64,000 bases of DNA, taken from contig CM102285.1 in assembly GCA_046563655.1 (NCBI GenBank), positions 12,400,001 to 12,464,000 on the forward strand, written 5' to 3'. The position numbers and the translations under genes were made by a program. How positions within the stretch are numbered: the first letter of the stretch is position 1; every line of letters starts with the position of its first letter. Shown here piece by piece: positions 12,201-24,200 of the stretch. This DNA is from Yuukianura sp. NJ FZ-2021 (Eukaryota). The notes beneath the pieces were generated by a model that was given only the letters and a program-made list of their open reading frames with translations, made no database searches and was not told the origin of the DNA.

Positions 12201-13756
12201 TACTGAAGTTTCGGATCAAGAAATATGCCAAGGGTTCTCAGCACTTGTGGGAGCATTTTTCATCAAATGTGGGTCGGCTGGAGCATTGAAGCTGTTGGAT
12301 TGGCTAGGATTTCGAATTCCAGACGAAAATGGAGACGAGCAAACTGTATTGACTTTGAAAGTTACGCTTCCCGCCGAAGTTTTGGATTTGACTGCTGATG
12401 TGAAAGCCGAATTGAAGCATTTAGTTCCCCTTGCAGCCAAGTTGGAAGAGAAAATTGGTTACACGTAAGAATTTTCAAGAATTTCTTGGTTTCAATTTCA
12501 AGCCTTTTCAAGTTACATTGTTGTTTTACAGATTCAAGAATCGCAGTTTACTCGTGGAGGCGCTTACCCATCCGACATACTTGGCAAATAACGTGACTCA
12601 GTGTTACCAGCGATTGGAATTCTTGGGAGATGCCATATTAGGTAAGCGAGCTACGTAAGACTGTTTGATATAAATCTTAGGAAGTTGTTTGCTCTCGTTT
12701 TCAAAACTTTGATGTTTTTTTTTTGTTCTTTAGATGCACTTTTAGCAAATCACGTCTATTCAATGACAATCAAGGAAAGTGATGGCTCAAAATACAGCAC
12801 ATTGGAGCTCAGTGAAATCTACAAGTGTTTGGTGAACAACATCACCTATGCCTCACTGGCAGTGCGTTACGGTTTGCACAAACATTTGCTCTCCATGTCA
12901 AAAGCTCTGTCGGACATGATTGACAACTTTGTGTTGTTTCAAGAAGCTAGCTCGCATCAAGTCGTTGGACATGTAAGGTTTGATAGTTAGAGAAAGTTAA
13001 CTACATTATTGGTAACGTTTACTGCGGACCCTTGGGGTTTTACGTCTAATCTAATAGTGCGAATCTTTCAGTTTACTTTAATCAGTGACGAAGAAGTTCT
13101 TGGACTTAAGCACATGGAGGTAAGCATTTACATGATTGCGTGGTGCCTGGTGCATTGATTAAGATTGCCAAGTTTAATTTGTTTGATTTAAGGTGCCGAA
13201 GGTTCTGGGAGATGTTTTCGAAGCTGTAGCTGGAGCCATTTATATTGATTCTGGAGGATCTCTTGACACAGTTTGGAAAGTATTCTACCGGCTAATGGAG
13301 CACGAAATTAGTGAGTATCGCGGATATAACGAAAAGCATAAGTTGTGTTTCTATGTTATTTCAGCGATTTTTAATTTGAGTCTCAACTAATTCTCAGACG
13401 GATTCTCGACTGCAATTCCTAAGTCTCCGATGCAAGAACTGTACGCTGAATTCCCTCAGAGTGTGACTTTTATGTAAGTTGGAAGTTGGCAAATATCAAG
13501 CCTTTAGCCTAGTTGACCAGTTGAAATCTTCATTAGAAATTCTGTCATTAGGAAATGGACGTCACAGAAAATACGGGATCGTGGACGCGAACTGTCGAAG
13601 ATTACAGTTGGACCCCACGGGTCTTACTTTGGTAGTGGGACGAACTATACCAGAGCTAAGGAAGCTGCGGCCAAGGTGGCCTTAAAAATGATCAAAGAGG
13701 AAGACCTGTTTATCAAAGATCGGGAAAATGCGTCCAACATCATGATTTTAGTTTGA
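6203..13756 (+). CDS. Dcr-2: Dicer-2-like endoribonuclease, ~1743 aa, 30 exons (helicase-DUF283-platform/PAZ-RNase IIIa[degenerate]-RNase IIIb-dsRBD)
   Basis: Exons: 6203-6272, 6400-6467, 6547-6662, 6746-6911, 7028-7127, 7220-7245, 7312-7367, 7444-7575, 7654-7928, 8003-8129, 8196-8306, 8370-8410, 8475-8539, 8635-8762, 8833-9216, 9312-9453, 9532-9789, 9870-10052, 10119-10320, 10389-10585, 10660-11353, 11422-11516, 11600-11956, 12037-12464, 12532-12641, 12734-12972, 13072-13119, 13193-13310, 13398-13473, 13537(or 13552)-13756. All introns are GT-AG and phase-compatible, total 5232 nt. Motifs: [49 protein letters not shown]283 YCNLLP...LPMNS...[16 protein letters not shown]...LLPEL; IIIb YQRLEFLGD and [10 protein letters not shown]; ds[21 protein letters not shown]. 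Dcr-2 rather than Dcr-1 is inferred from divergence. Confidence 0.93.
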
Positions 13757-14639
13757 AGACTGAGGACGTGATACAGATGAAGGAAGAAGACTGGCGATGG
13801 CGAAATCAACCATTTTTCCTACAACCAAAAGTTATTTTTAATGTAAGTTGACCTTTGGATAAAACCAACAATTTATTTTAGGCAGAACGTGTGAAAACGA
13901 ATTTATTTGGAATGAGTGTTAACTGATTGCTTTTTTCTTTTCGATGCTATTAAGTGCTTGTTAAAATCGTTTCTAGCAGATCACTGTGAAGATGAAGGCA
14001 CTCTAGAATACTTGGCTGAATGGCGGGAAAGTTAAAAATTCAATCTTCCTAATGAATTGGAAAATGATACGTGACACGAAGGCTCCCTCAAACACCAAAT
14101 GGATAATGGTTAAATTCAATTAATTGTGTTGTGCTTTGTGCATGTGTGCTTGTGAGTGAATTCTACTGATTGAGGTTTAGATCATTGAGCTCATCATTTC
14201 ACTAAGGAGACGACAACAGCTGATTGATTGACATCATTACGTGAACTGTAAATCCTGGAGGCTAGAACTGGACGGGAGAATTCTGAAAGCATATTGACAC
14301 GGTAGCTGAAGCTGTTTTGCCTGGAGCTTTAACTGCAAGTAAGTTAACTTCAGTTATCTCCTCCCTCTGACTTAATTAGAATTATGATACAAAAACCTGA
14401 AGGTGTGAAACCTTGTTGATTAACGCGTTAACAAGGTCGATTGAATTCCATATGTTAATTAACGATGTTTCTGGATTGCAGGTGTAGGTGTGTATGGACC
14501 ACTGTGCTGTGCCCTGGGACGATATTATTGCGTATTGCGCAGGCTTCAGACTGGTATTGGTGAATCGTGTCCTCGAATGACGTACGAGATCTTCACGAAT
14601 TTTCACGAGGTCAACGTCAAATCCATGTGAAATTAAATT

Positions 14640-15622
14640 ATGGCTACTAGACGAGGCGAAAAGGCAAGTTTGCTAGAATTGAAAGAACAGGGACAAACGA
14701 CTCAAGTGAAGCCTTCGTTTCGTCCATTTCGAAGAGCCAATGAATACATTGAACGAACAGTCCTTCCAACTGATACACTCCAAGGGATTTCGTTGCTTTA
14801 CAACACTACGGTAATCTAACTTTTCTACTGTATTCATTGGAGTCTGTGTTGTGATTTTATTTTGTTTTAGGTAGCTGAGATAAAGAAGCTCAATCACTTG
14901 CAAACTGACGGTAAATTGTTCGAACTTCACTCTTGATTGATCATGATTATGAACTGCGATTTGAATTCCACGATTTCACTTATTTCAGGAGAGCTGCATG
15001 CTCGACGTGTCATCAAGGTTCCGTCGCGTGGTGTGCTTATAAACCTAGAACCAGTACCGACCACTTCGAAAACAGTAAATGAAGCCCCACGGTCTGCGTT
15101 TTCCGTGGATGATAGATACGCATATGACGTTGATGATGATCCTGACACGAGTGCTAGTGGCAGTAGTCGAGAAAGCATCGCTGGAATCTCGTACCTCAAC
15201 ACCAAAGACACATTGCTTACAGAGATAAAAGCCAAAGTGGATCACGTTGCGTCGAATTCTCCTATTTTACAAAATGAAGGTCAAGGTATTGAGGATCTTG
15301 AGTTTTCTCCCATCCGTAAGGGTACTCCTCCACAACTTTTATACTGCTATTAAGTTGCGCAGATCATTTTTAATCTGTTTGTATCTAAGGAGTTCGTGGT
15401 TCTCTGGTGGATCGCCAAAACGAGTCGCCCCTGAAGTGGTGGCATGTGCTGTTCCCTTGTATGGGATTTGTGATTCTCTTTCCTATTCTTCTGTTTATAT
15501 TCCAAGAACATCTACACGACCTGGGTCACAAGCATGACAACGATCACCTGATGAGCGCCTCCACCTCTAGTATGCTTCCTAGTTCTGGTTCGGAATACCT
15601 TATGTCAAATATTAACCAGTGA
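14640..15622 (+). CDS. LysM domain membrane protein (LYSMD3/LYSMD4-like), ~256 aa, 4 exons
   Basis: Exons 14640-14810, 14871-14910, 14989-15315, 15390-15622 (771 nt). Spliced LysM: YIERTVLPTDTLQGISLLYNTT|VAEIKKLNHLQTD|GELHARRVIKVP. C-terminal TM: KWWHVLFPCMGFVILFPILLFIF. An alternative start at 14577 via a 69-nt intron is possible. Confidence 0.88.
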
Positions 15623-16990
15623 AGTTACGCTATTTTCTCACCGATTTCTTATCTCCGAGAATACTATTTTATTCTAGATTTATCTCGCGCACCAGAAGTT
15701 GTATTTAGGTAACTAGCTTCATCGCGCAATTCTTTCACAGAATTTCACGACTACTACTTCACTATTCAAATTCCTCAAAAACCTCGCACCATTTATGCGA
15801 AAATTGTCAATCTATGGACTTGGGTGACGGGTTTCTCAAATTGCAAATTTCAATTTGTAGAAAATTGAAAATCCTTAATTTATGAATTTTTGCGAATTCT
15901 TCTGTGTACAGTGGAATTTCGCGATAAGAGGCAAGCGTGAAAATTCATCAATTTGGAAATGCTAGGTTAGTTTGTAATTTTTAGGTTTATTTAGGAGTTA
16001 GTAAACACCGAACGGTGTTCATCTCGGGTCATTTTACGCAAGACGTAATAAATTACAAGTAATTGTGATTTAATTTTAATTAAATGATCTTATCAAGCAT
16101 TAATTTTTGGGTGTAAAAATCTGCTGGGTGGGGAATTGAAGGAAGATTTTTCACCCACTCTAAACGCTTGCGCCTCTTGCTCTTTGTTGGGTGTTGTGTC
16201 TATGGTTGGTGTCTGGTCTGTGTGTGTCCTCCATCAAAATTAGGATCAATCAGATGCCAATTCGACAAGTGTTAACTTCATAATAAGTTAAGTTGAAGTT
16301 AAGTTGAATGTTGAATCTAATTTTGCAAAAATTAATTCCTCACTTTTCTTTGTGTAGGAGTGCGAGTGATTCATCAATTGATCAATTATCCGCAATGAAG
16401 TTCTTGGAAACTTGGAATTGGGCATTTGAAGATACAGAGAACATGGATTGGCTCTAAACACCGTTATGATGAAGAAATTTGGAATTTAGATCCACCGTGT
16501 CCATCATGGATATTAGACTCACGTAATTGGAATGAAGAAGGGGTAATTAATTAAGTTCGGAAATCGGAATTAATTTCATACCAAATCTAGTAAGTCCGAC
16601 CGATCTCTTGCCAAACTCCTTTGTTCTGGCAAGCGATCGCATTTTTTGGTTCATTCGTTTAGTTAGTTTTCTAGTTTCTAGTTATTCACACAGTAGGTTT
16701 TGGTAATTTAGCTTTAGGTAACTAACTATTAAATTCTAGGGATGATGTTAATTGATTCTTGGTTTGATTTGGTTTGCAGATTACAGACACTCACTCCCAC
16801 TGCCAGCAACGACGCCTGTAATACTCTTACGGAACGGACGACACAGAGAAATGTGACAGCGATCTAAGTATCCTAAAGACGAAGGAACTGAACACAGTCT
16901 GTCTTCCATTGAAGTACTACGATTAGCACGTCGCTGAAATAAGGCAACACCACCTTCCTCGACCAGCACCGACGACAAGGAGACGACGTA

Positions 16991-18717
16991 ATGGACATAT
17001 TCTTGTTCCCTGACGAGGTTCGTTTCAGCTATTGAATAACTGTATGCTTTCTTACTCAAATCACTACTGAAAATTAACAATGTTCTGTGTATTTTCATTT
17101 TCTCATCTTTATTTTCTCTCTATAGATATTATCCATTGTTTTTGAGTATGTTTCGCAAACAGACTTGGTTCAGAGTCGACTTGTCAGCAAAGAATGGAAA
17201 CAGAAGATAGACACCCTCGTCTCTTTTCGGATCAGGCTAAACGATTCTCAACCGCAATCGTTAGTGCAACAAATGATGAGTCTTCGAGTGAGAGGTTGTG
17301 AAATCGTTCATCTGAAATTACCATTTACAGCAAAGTTCAAGAATCCTCTCTTCGTCAAGGAAATTGTTTTTACTAATTCTTCCAAGGAGAATGTGCGAAC
17401 ACTTCTAAAGGCTTGTAGTGATTTGGAGAAAATTGCTTTCTTCACTACGTTTGTTGGAGACAAATTCTTCGACATGGACAAGAAACCTGAAGAGCTGTAT
17501 CGCCTGAAGAAGTTGAAGGAGATTGAAGTTGGGATTCAAGTGTTCAACTCCAAGGGATATGGAAAAAGTTCAGTGTTTGAAACAGTTTTTGCGAATCCGC
17601 AACTCACTTTTCCTTCACTTCGTCGACTATTTGTGCATTACCCGATGTCAGCCACAGAATGGATAAATGTGTTTCAGTTTATTGGTCGACATTATGCTAC
17701 GCTTAAATGTTTAAAACTACGGTGTTTCGAGTGTCCTCTGGGAATAACGGAAGTTCCACCAGCGATAGTCAAACAGTTAACGAAATTGAAGCTGTCAACT
17801 CTTGAAATTATATGCAATTGTAGTTGTGGCGAGTACTCTCCTATTCACGACACCTTCGCGGAACTCGTAGCGGCTCAAAGCGCTTTAGAAACACTCACGT
17901 TGGACGTAAGAATAGTTGTCAAATTACATTTATTAGTAATCAAGGAATCTCAATTAACTTTAGTTCTTTGATTTTGTTTCAGTTCCATAAGTGTCCGCTT
18001 CAAGGAATCAAAGATGTCATCCGAAAATGTGCACCAACATTACAGTATGTGAAATTGTGTCAAGTGGAATTTGGTTTTGAAGATGATCTTCAAGGTTCCA
18101 TGTTTAGTGGATGTGTTCGGTTACGTGAATTGAAGCTCCATTGTCTCCCACGCGTCATCGTTTACGTTTCGTTGGAATTGGATCAGCCAGGTTGTGGAGT
18201 CCTACCGAAGCCAGTGGCAAAGGGAGCCGAAACGATTGGATGGTGTTTCCCAAAGTGCTTGAAACGTTTCAGCATCAAGAGTTGTCACATTCCAACGGAA
18301 GAACTAATCAACATGGGCTCTGATTATGGATGTCGGACACTGGAGCAGTTGGAGCTGTACGACATTGGAACAAGTGAAAGTTACGGTTACGGTTTGACCT
18401 TCGACGCTTTCATAAGTTTATGTGAAAATCTCAAGCATTTAGAGTTGTTTAATTTTCGGTGCGCGTCGTACTCGTCTTTGGAAAATGTGCATTTGGAAAA
18501 TCTGAAGTGGCAATTGATCTTGGAAGCTGGAAAGGAGCTAGGCATTTACAGTGTACCGACTTGTGATTACTCTGATCTCTTTCGTATTCGGAAAACTGAG
18601 GAAGATGATGAAGATGAAGAAAAGAATGGAGAGATTGACTTGACTGGATTATTTACGTTTCGATTTAGAGGATTAGCACAGCGCCAAAAGTTTTTGGATC
18701 GTGTAGATGTGTTGTAA
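16991..18717 (+). CDS. F-box protein with LRR/RNI-like C-terminal region, ~513 aa, 3 exons
   Basis: Exons 16991-17017, 17126-17905, 17983-18717. Spliced F-box: MDIFLFPDE|ILSIVFEYVSQTDLVQSRLVSKEW. Recurrent LxxLxL motifs follow (LKKLKEI, FPSLRRLFV, TLKCLKL, RLRELKL, TLEQLEL, NLKHLEL). Confidence 0.85.
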
Positions 18718-21162
18718 GTTAAATAAGAGTTTTAAATCCATATTACGCAATAATCTGTCATGAATCATGATGTTTAGATTATCTGTTGGTATTTATTTAT
18801 ATAAGTCGCTCGGAGCTTATTTTTTAATCTTCCATCTTGTACCATGTAATGCCGATCTTGTATTTTCAGGCTTTCGTCTCTAGATGTCTCCGAGTCCAAC
18901 GGAAAGCAAAATATACTTCGCGGGACGTGAAATTCGGACATTCAAAAGTACTGGCAAGTACTGGCTGTTGGCTGAGGTTTGATATTGCTTACTAACCTTA
19001 TATTGAGCACTGTGATTCTTGTTACTTTATTGATTTCCTTCCAGTTAACTGTAATAAGCGTTTTAGTTAATTTTTAATTTTTAAGTTTATTACATCGCAC
19101 TCAAATTGGGAAGCGCGTTTGATTTTGATATTTGTTGAGGATTATATTTATAATTCAGCTTTTTTTTTTTTTGAAACTGAACCTTGAGTTGAGTGGCGTT
19201 GAAGACTACCTTTTTAGAAGTTATAGAAATAATTGTTCAAAATACATTCCATACTTTCGAGTGCCAAAAAATGAGTGAAATGAAATAAGTATTAACTACC
19301 ACTCTTGAGTGTTTTTGCAACATCACAAGGTAGCGCGGACTTGTAGAGAATAAATCAACTCCTTTGAACTCAAGATACTTGAGGGGAGAGGACCATGAGG
19401 GGAGTTCTACTTTAATTGTTTCAGAAGAAAATAATTTAAGATTTAATAATTTTTTAGGCTGAGAAGTACTTCCACTTGATAAGTTGAATATAATTGTTAT
19501 ATTTTCCTTTGACAGTATTCATTTTTCCTAGAAGAGGTGCGATTTAAAAAAAAAAAAAGAATAAGAAAAAAGTGGTTTTCAATTTCTAGCCTACTAGCCC
19601 TTCACGTTTCATCACTTGCGCGCTTTTCTAAAGCTGGAAAATATAAATTATATTATTATATTGGTATATAAAGTATTATGGTGTAATGTACACGGGAAGT
19701 GTACCAAGTACTCGAAGTATGCCGTACCAGAGTTTCCTATTGCCGGTATACCGTAGATTTCCAAATAGTACCTTAGTGGCACAAATAGTTTTGCCGACCG
19801 TTGGGAGGGGGGGGGGGGCGGCAGAGGAGTATTATACATAATAATATATGTGTTAATGTATTAGGGAGTTTGCGTTATAAATAATTCATAGAGTTTATAG
19901 AAATTATGAAATTGAGTATATCCCGCCCTTTTTAAGTAAGTTAGCAAATGACGTCACCTCCCAAACTTTTCGCATTTATTGAACTTATGTTCGGTGTTTA
20001 TAATTTTTTTATTTATAATTTACTATTTTATAGTATTTTATTAATACTTTCTACAAATTCTGTAATTTATTTATCACGTCAATTCCCTATTATACATAAT
20101 ATAATACCATTTTATAGTATTTTATTAATAATAATACTGTTTTACTAATTGGTATAATATTAATATCATTATCAATCAATTTTAATATTAACATCAATTA
20201 TAAATATTTTATTAACCTTGTATTAACCAATTTTACAATAATTATATATATTTTTTTTGTAAAAGATAAGGCAGTTTTTGCCTGGTGCATCTCTGCTCTG
20301 GGTAAAGTGGTAAATTACTATTTTAGTACCACTGGTAATTAATATCCTAATGGGGATAGGGACGGTTATGTGGAATGGGGACAGTATTTGGAGATTTACG
20401 GTAAGACCCTTTGTGATTCGTCAGACTTAAGAGTGTGTGAGGATTTTAAGCCTATACTTGAGAGGGTGTTAAGTGGAGAGTGTGATATGCCTAAGTGTTC
20501 CCCTTAAGTGCATAGCTCGTAAGGTGTAAGTTGACTGGCCGCCATGATGGTTTTCTTGGCTGGCCAATGGGAGTAAGACGCCAGTGTCTTTTCCATTGTG
20601 ACGGCGGGAGGAAGTTTGACAGTTTCTCCTCCCGTTGGTGCCGAGGAGGGAGGTTCTAGAACGTCGTCATGACGATGGCGCCATGGAAGTCCAAGTGTTG
20701 GAGTACTCCCTCCCCCTCCTCCCTCCATGGCTGCTGACTCCGTGTGGTTCCTTTGCATTGGCATGCATGGACTCCTCTCCTCTCGTCCACAGCGGTCTCT
20801 CGAGCAAGAGAGAGGGGAAACACACACACAAAGGAAGAGAGAGCCCATTTTCCTGTGAGTACGAGACAACGAAGGTCCTGTACATCCGCAGCATTCAGCA
20901 CAAAGGAGCTCCCTTCAACCAAGACATACTGAACTGCTCGTCTTTGGAATTGGATATTGGATACTCTTCTGAACGTCAAAAGTAAGTTCTAAAGGTCGTG
21001 TCATCCCGTTTGTTAGTAGTATGGACATCAGTGGGAAGTGGCTACATGGTTGTCAGCACTTCTTTGACATTTGAGGACACGAATTGGACTTAATTGCTTC
21101 TTGTAGGAAAGTGTTTGAAATCAAGTGATCATTTTGGCTGTTGTGCCAGTGACTAAAGGTGA

Positions 21163-21204
21163 ATGACATCCTCCATGAATAGACTACAAAGGACAGAGAT
21201 ATAA
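21163..21204 (+). promoter_or_regulatory. 13-codon uORF whose stop codon overlaps the spen start codon (TAATG)
   Basis: ATG ACA TCC TCC ATG AAT AGA CTA CAA AGG ACA GAG ATA TAA. TAA is 21202-21204 and the spen ATG is 21204-21206. It lies downstream of a plausible acceptor at 21106. Confidence 0.5.
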
Positions 21205-24200
21205 TGGTGAGAGAAACGAGACATCTTTGGATTGGAAATCTACCGGAAAATGTACGAGAGGAACAAATCCTTGAGCTATTCCAAAGGTAAGACGTTCATC
21301 TTTGATTATTTTGTTTGATTTATTGATCAAATGAGAACCAAATGAGAATCTAGTTTAAAGTTTAAAGACTCGCTCGTGGAAATAAATGGGATTGGCTGTA
21401 CAAGGAAAAGCTTGAGTGCAGTTGAAGTTGAAGAAATAATTGTTGGTTGCAGAAAATTTGGTTCGCTTACCCTTATTTGCTTTCTTAGCATTTGAAACGG
21501 AACAATACTGCCTTGGCTTGACATGGGAGTGAGTCATATGTCGGTCGATGCGCATTGTAGCACGTTAGCTTTTTAGACTCTGAGAGATGGACGCTGAGAT
21601 GAAGTTTATTGTTGCTTTTAATCTTTTGCAAAAAGTCGACCTGTGTACTCTTTTCTGTAAACAGGACTGTGGTTATACTGGCAACATTGCAAGTATAAGT
21701 ATAGGCAGAGGCTAACTGTTGTAGCCTTCCTTCGGCATGTTGAGAGCATTAAAGACTGCTTCGCCTGCCAATATGCCGCTATTTCTATCTAGTTCAACAG
21801 AGATAGAGGGATGGTTTCATGTTTTTGCAAAAGAGAGAAAAGAACTGCTATCTGAATCTTTTTTCTTTGCAAAAACCGTAAAATTGTTGTAACCTTTTGG
21901 TTTTAACTTTTAAGTGAAGTCTTTGTTTGTTTTCTTACGCGTAAAAGTACTGCGTTTGAAGGTTGAATCATCACCAAACCCAACTGGATTTACAAGGTGT
22001 TAAAGTTTTGAATCCTGTTTGAACTAAATTTTTTTGTGAGATGTTTGGTCCCAATTTTTGAAATGTGTGACCTCTTTTGGGCTTTCAAAAATGGACCAAT
22101 TTTGGTGTGAGTTTCGAATTTGAGTTCAGTTTCAAAGCGTTTCTGGGTTTCAGTTGCCGATTTGTGGCGTTGGTTGGAGTTGCTAATTGTTTTTTTAGTT
22201 TTCGAATTGTATTTTTAGTTTTTGAAATACTTTTTTTTTACTCAAAGTAAAATTTGAGTTAAGATGAGCAGAGCAGGATGAGGAAATGTGAAACAGTTGG
22301 TGGATGTTCTCGTTCTCTATCTCTCTTAAAAGTTATTTTGATGAAATGGAAAACAAAGAAAACAAAAAATTTGTAGGTTGGAAGGTTCCATGGACTTGGT
22401 TCTGGTTCCAAGATTTCACAAAAGTTAAGGATGCTTCCAAGCTGTTGTTCTATTCAGACTTGCCTTAACATAACAAAAACTGTTCGTCTTGGGTTTTTCT
22501 TCGTTTTTTGTTAGGAGCGTGAGAAACTCTTAAGAAATTGGAGACAGTGACTTGAGGGTTAGTTGTTGTTGGTTGAAAAGTTGGAAGTTTCGTGTCAAGT
22601 GTGAATTGAAATTAAAGTCTTGGAGCACCCTTAGTAATTCATGACCCCTTAGCCTAAGGGCTCAAAATAGAAGGAGACTAGGGATTGGGCTGAATGCTGA
22701 GGGAATTGATCTTGCTGCTGTTCGAGATGCTTCGAGATGGATATAGTAGCATTGTCGGATTCGTCTTGTTTCCACTTCGTATCAACTAACTTCTGGCCTC
22801 TGTTGAGTTGAAGTCATTTGGGATAATTTGAGCAGCCTCTTGTATGTGTTTTTTCTAGAAAGATTCTTTATTACATTTATATAGTACGTAATGTAACATA
22901 ACGTAGTCTAAGTTGGTATAAAACAGACGCTGAAGATGCTATATACAGATGAGAGCTGATTCAATTCCAAGAAGTTCTGTTCCTGCTCACGAATGTCTGT
23001 AAGAGTGTTCTGGATGGAGATAAATTGCGTATGGCAGAGTTCAATGTCGACGATGTCGAATGTTTAAAGTTAGAAGGCAGGGCTTTTTCAAAATACATTT
23101 CGAAACTGACTAAACCCTAACGTTGAAGGGCTGAAAAAGCTTTAAGTTAGGGTAGGTTTTTGTGTTTCCGATGAATCCGAGGGTGGGTTTGAAGGGAACT
23201 TGAGGAAGACAATGGAAAAAGAGCAGGGATGATGATGGAGGGAGCTTTTTTTTTATGGTTCCCGGGGGGAGTTTTTCGGTTGTTACAGGAATGGATGTGT
23301 ATGTGTGGAAGGAAGATGCTGGTTAGGTTTTAGCTGGAAATGCTGCTGGCCCCAGTACTTCGGCGTAGTTTCATCGACCCGACTTGACTACACAACTTTT
23401 TTTTCTCCCGTTCCTACGGGGTTCCTAGGTCGATTTCCTAGGATCTTGTTTTTGGTTACTCTTTTACTGTATACGTGGATCTTTTCATTTCAGTTGGTTG
23501 GGTTTTCAACAGAAAAGCCTTAGCAACGTACTTTTTTTTGTGAGTAAAAGCCCTGGGAAGGGCTTCTCCCAGGTCTTTTCTTTATTTTTAACGAGGGAAC
23601 GTTCTAGAGAAAACAACCTGTCTCTCCCGTTTGCTTACGTTTAGAATATATTGATGCCTTACCGAGTTCCCGAGTTGCCTTTGCCTGGTTTTTACAGGAA
23701 ACTGGAATCATTAGCTATTATTTTCTCGTCTGCCTTCTGCCCATCCTATTTCAATATAGCCATCAGGACCAGACTTAGTTTTTTTCGTTTTGTAAAGAGC
23801 GGAGCAGGGAGTAACTACTTTCCTGCTACATGAAGCCTCGGATATCAAATGGCGAAAAAATCTGTTCTTGGAAGCACTAAAAAGAGGGTTCGTTTGCTGG
23901 TTTTTGGTGGCTGGTGTGCCTCCTAGGGAAATTTTCTGGTTTTTGCCGGTCCCCTCCTGGTACAAAAGCTATATAGGGAAGCGTTAATCATGTCTTTTGT
24001 AATCCCATGGTTCTTAGTCGACGTGTACTTGGTTTCTTTGGTGGATGGAACGATGAGGGGAAGTGTTGCTGGGCTGCTTGAATGGGATTTGGTACTTGGA
24101 AGTGGAGCCAATTTCGGTAATAATACTGGCTAAAGTACATCCAACCATCCCTTGAAACTGGTAGTTTTTCAAGCCTGTGGAAGAGTACATTTGGAAATGT

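Noticed and set aside
6203..13756. Dicer as a pseudogene, suggested by fragmented ORFs and the dead RNase IIIa
   Set aside because: The fragmentation is explained by 29 canonical introns. The spliced frame has no stop or frameshift, and helicase, IIIb and dsRBD motifs are intact.
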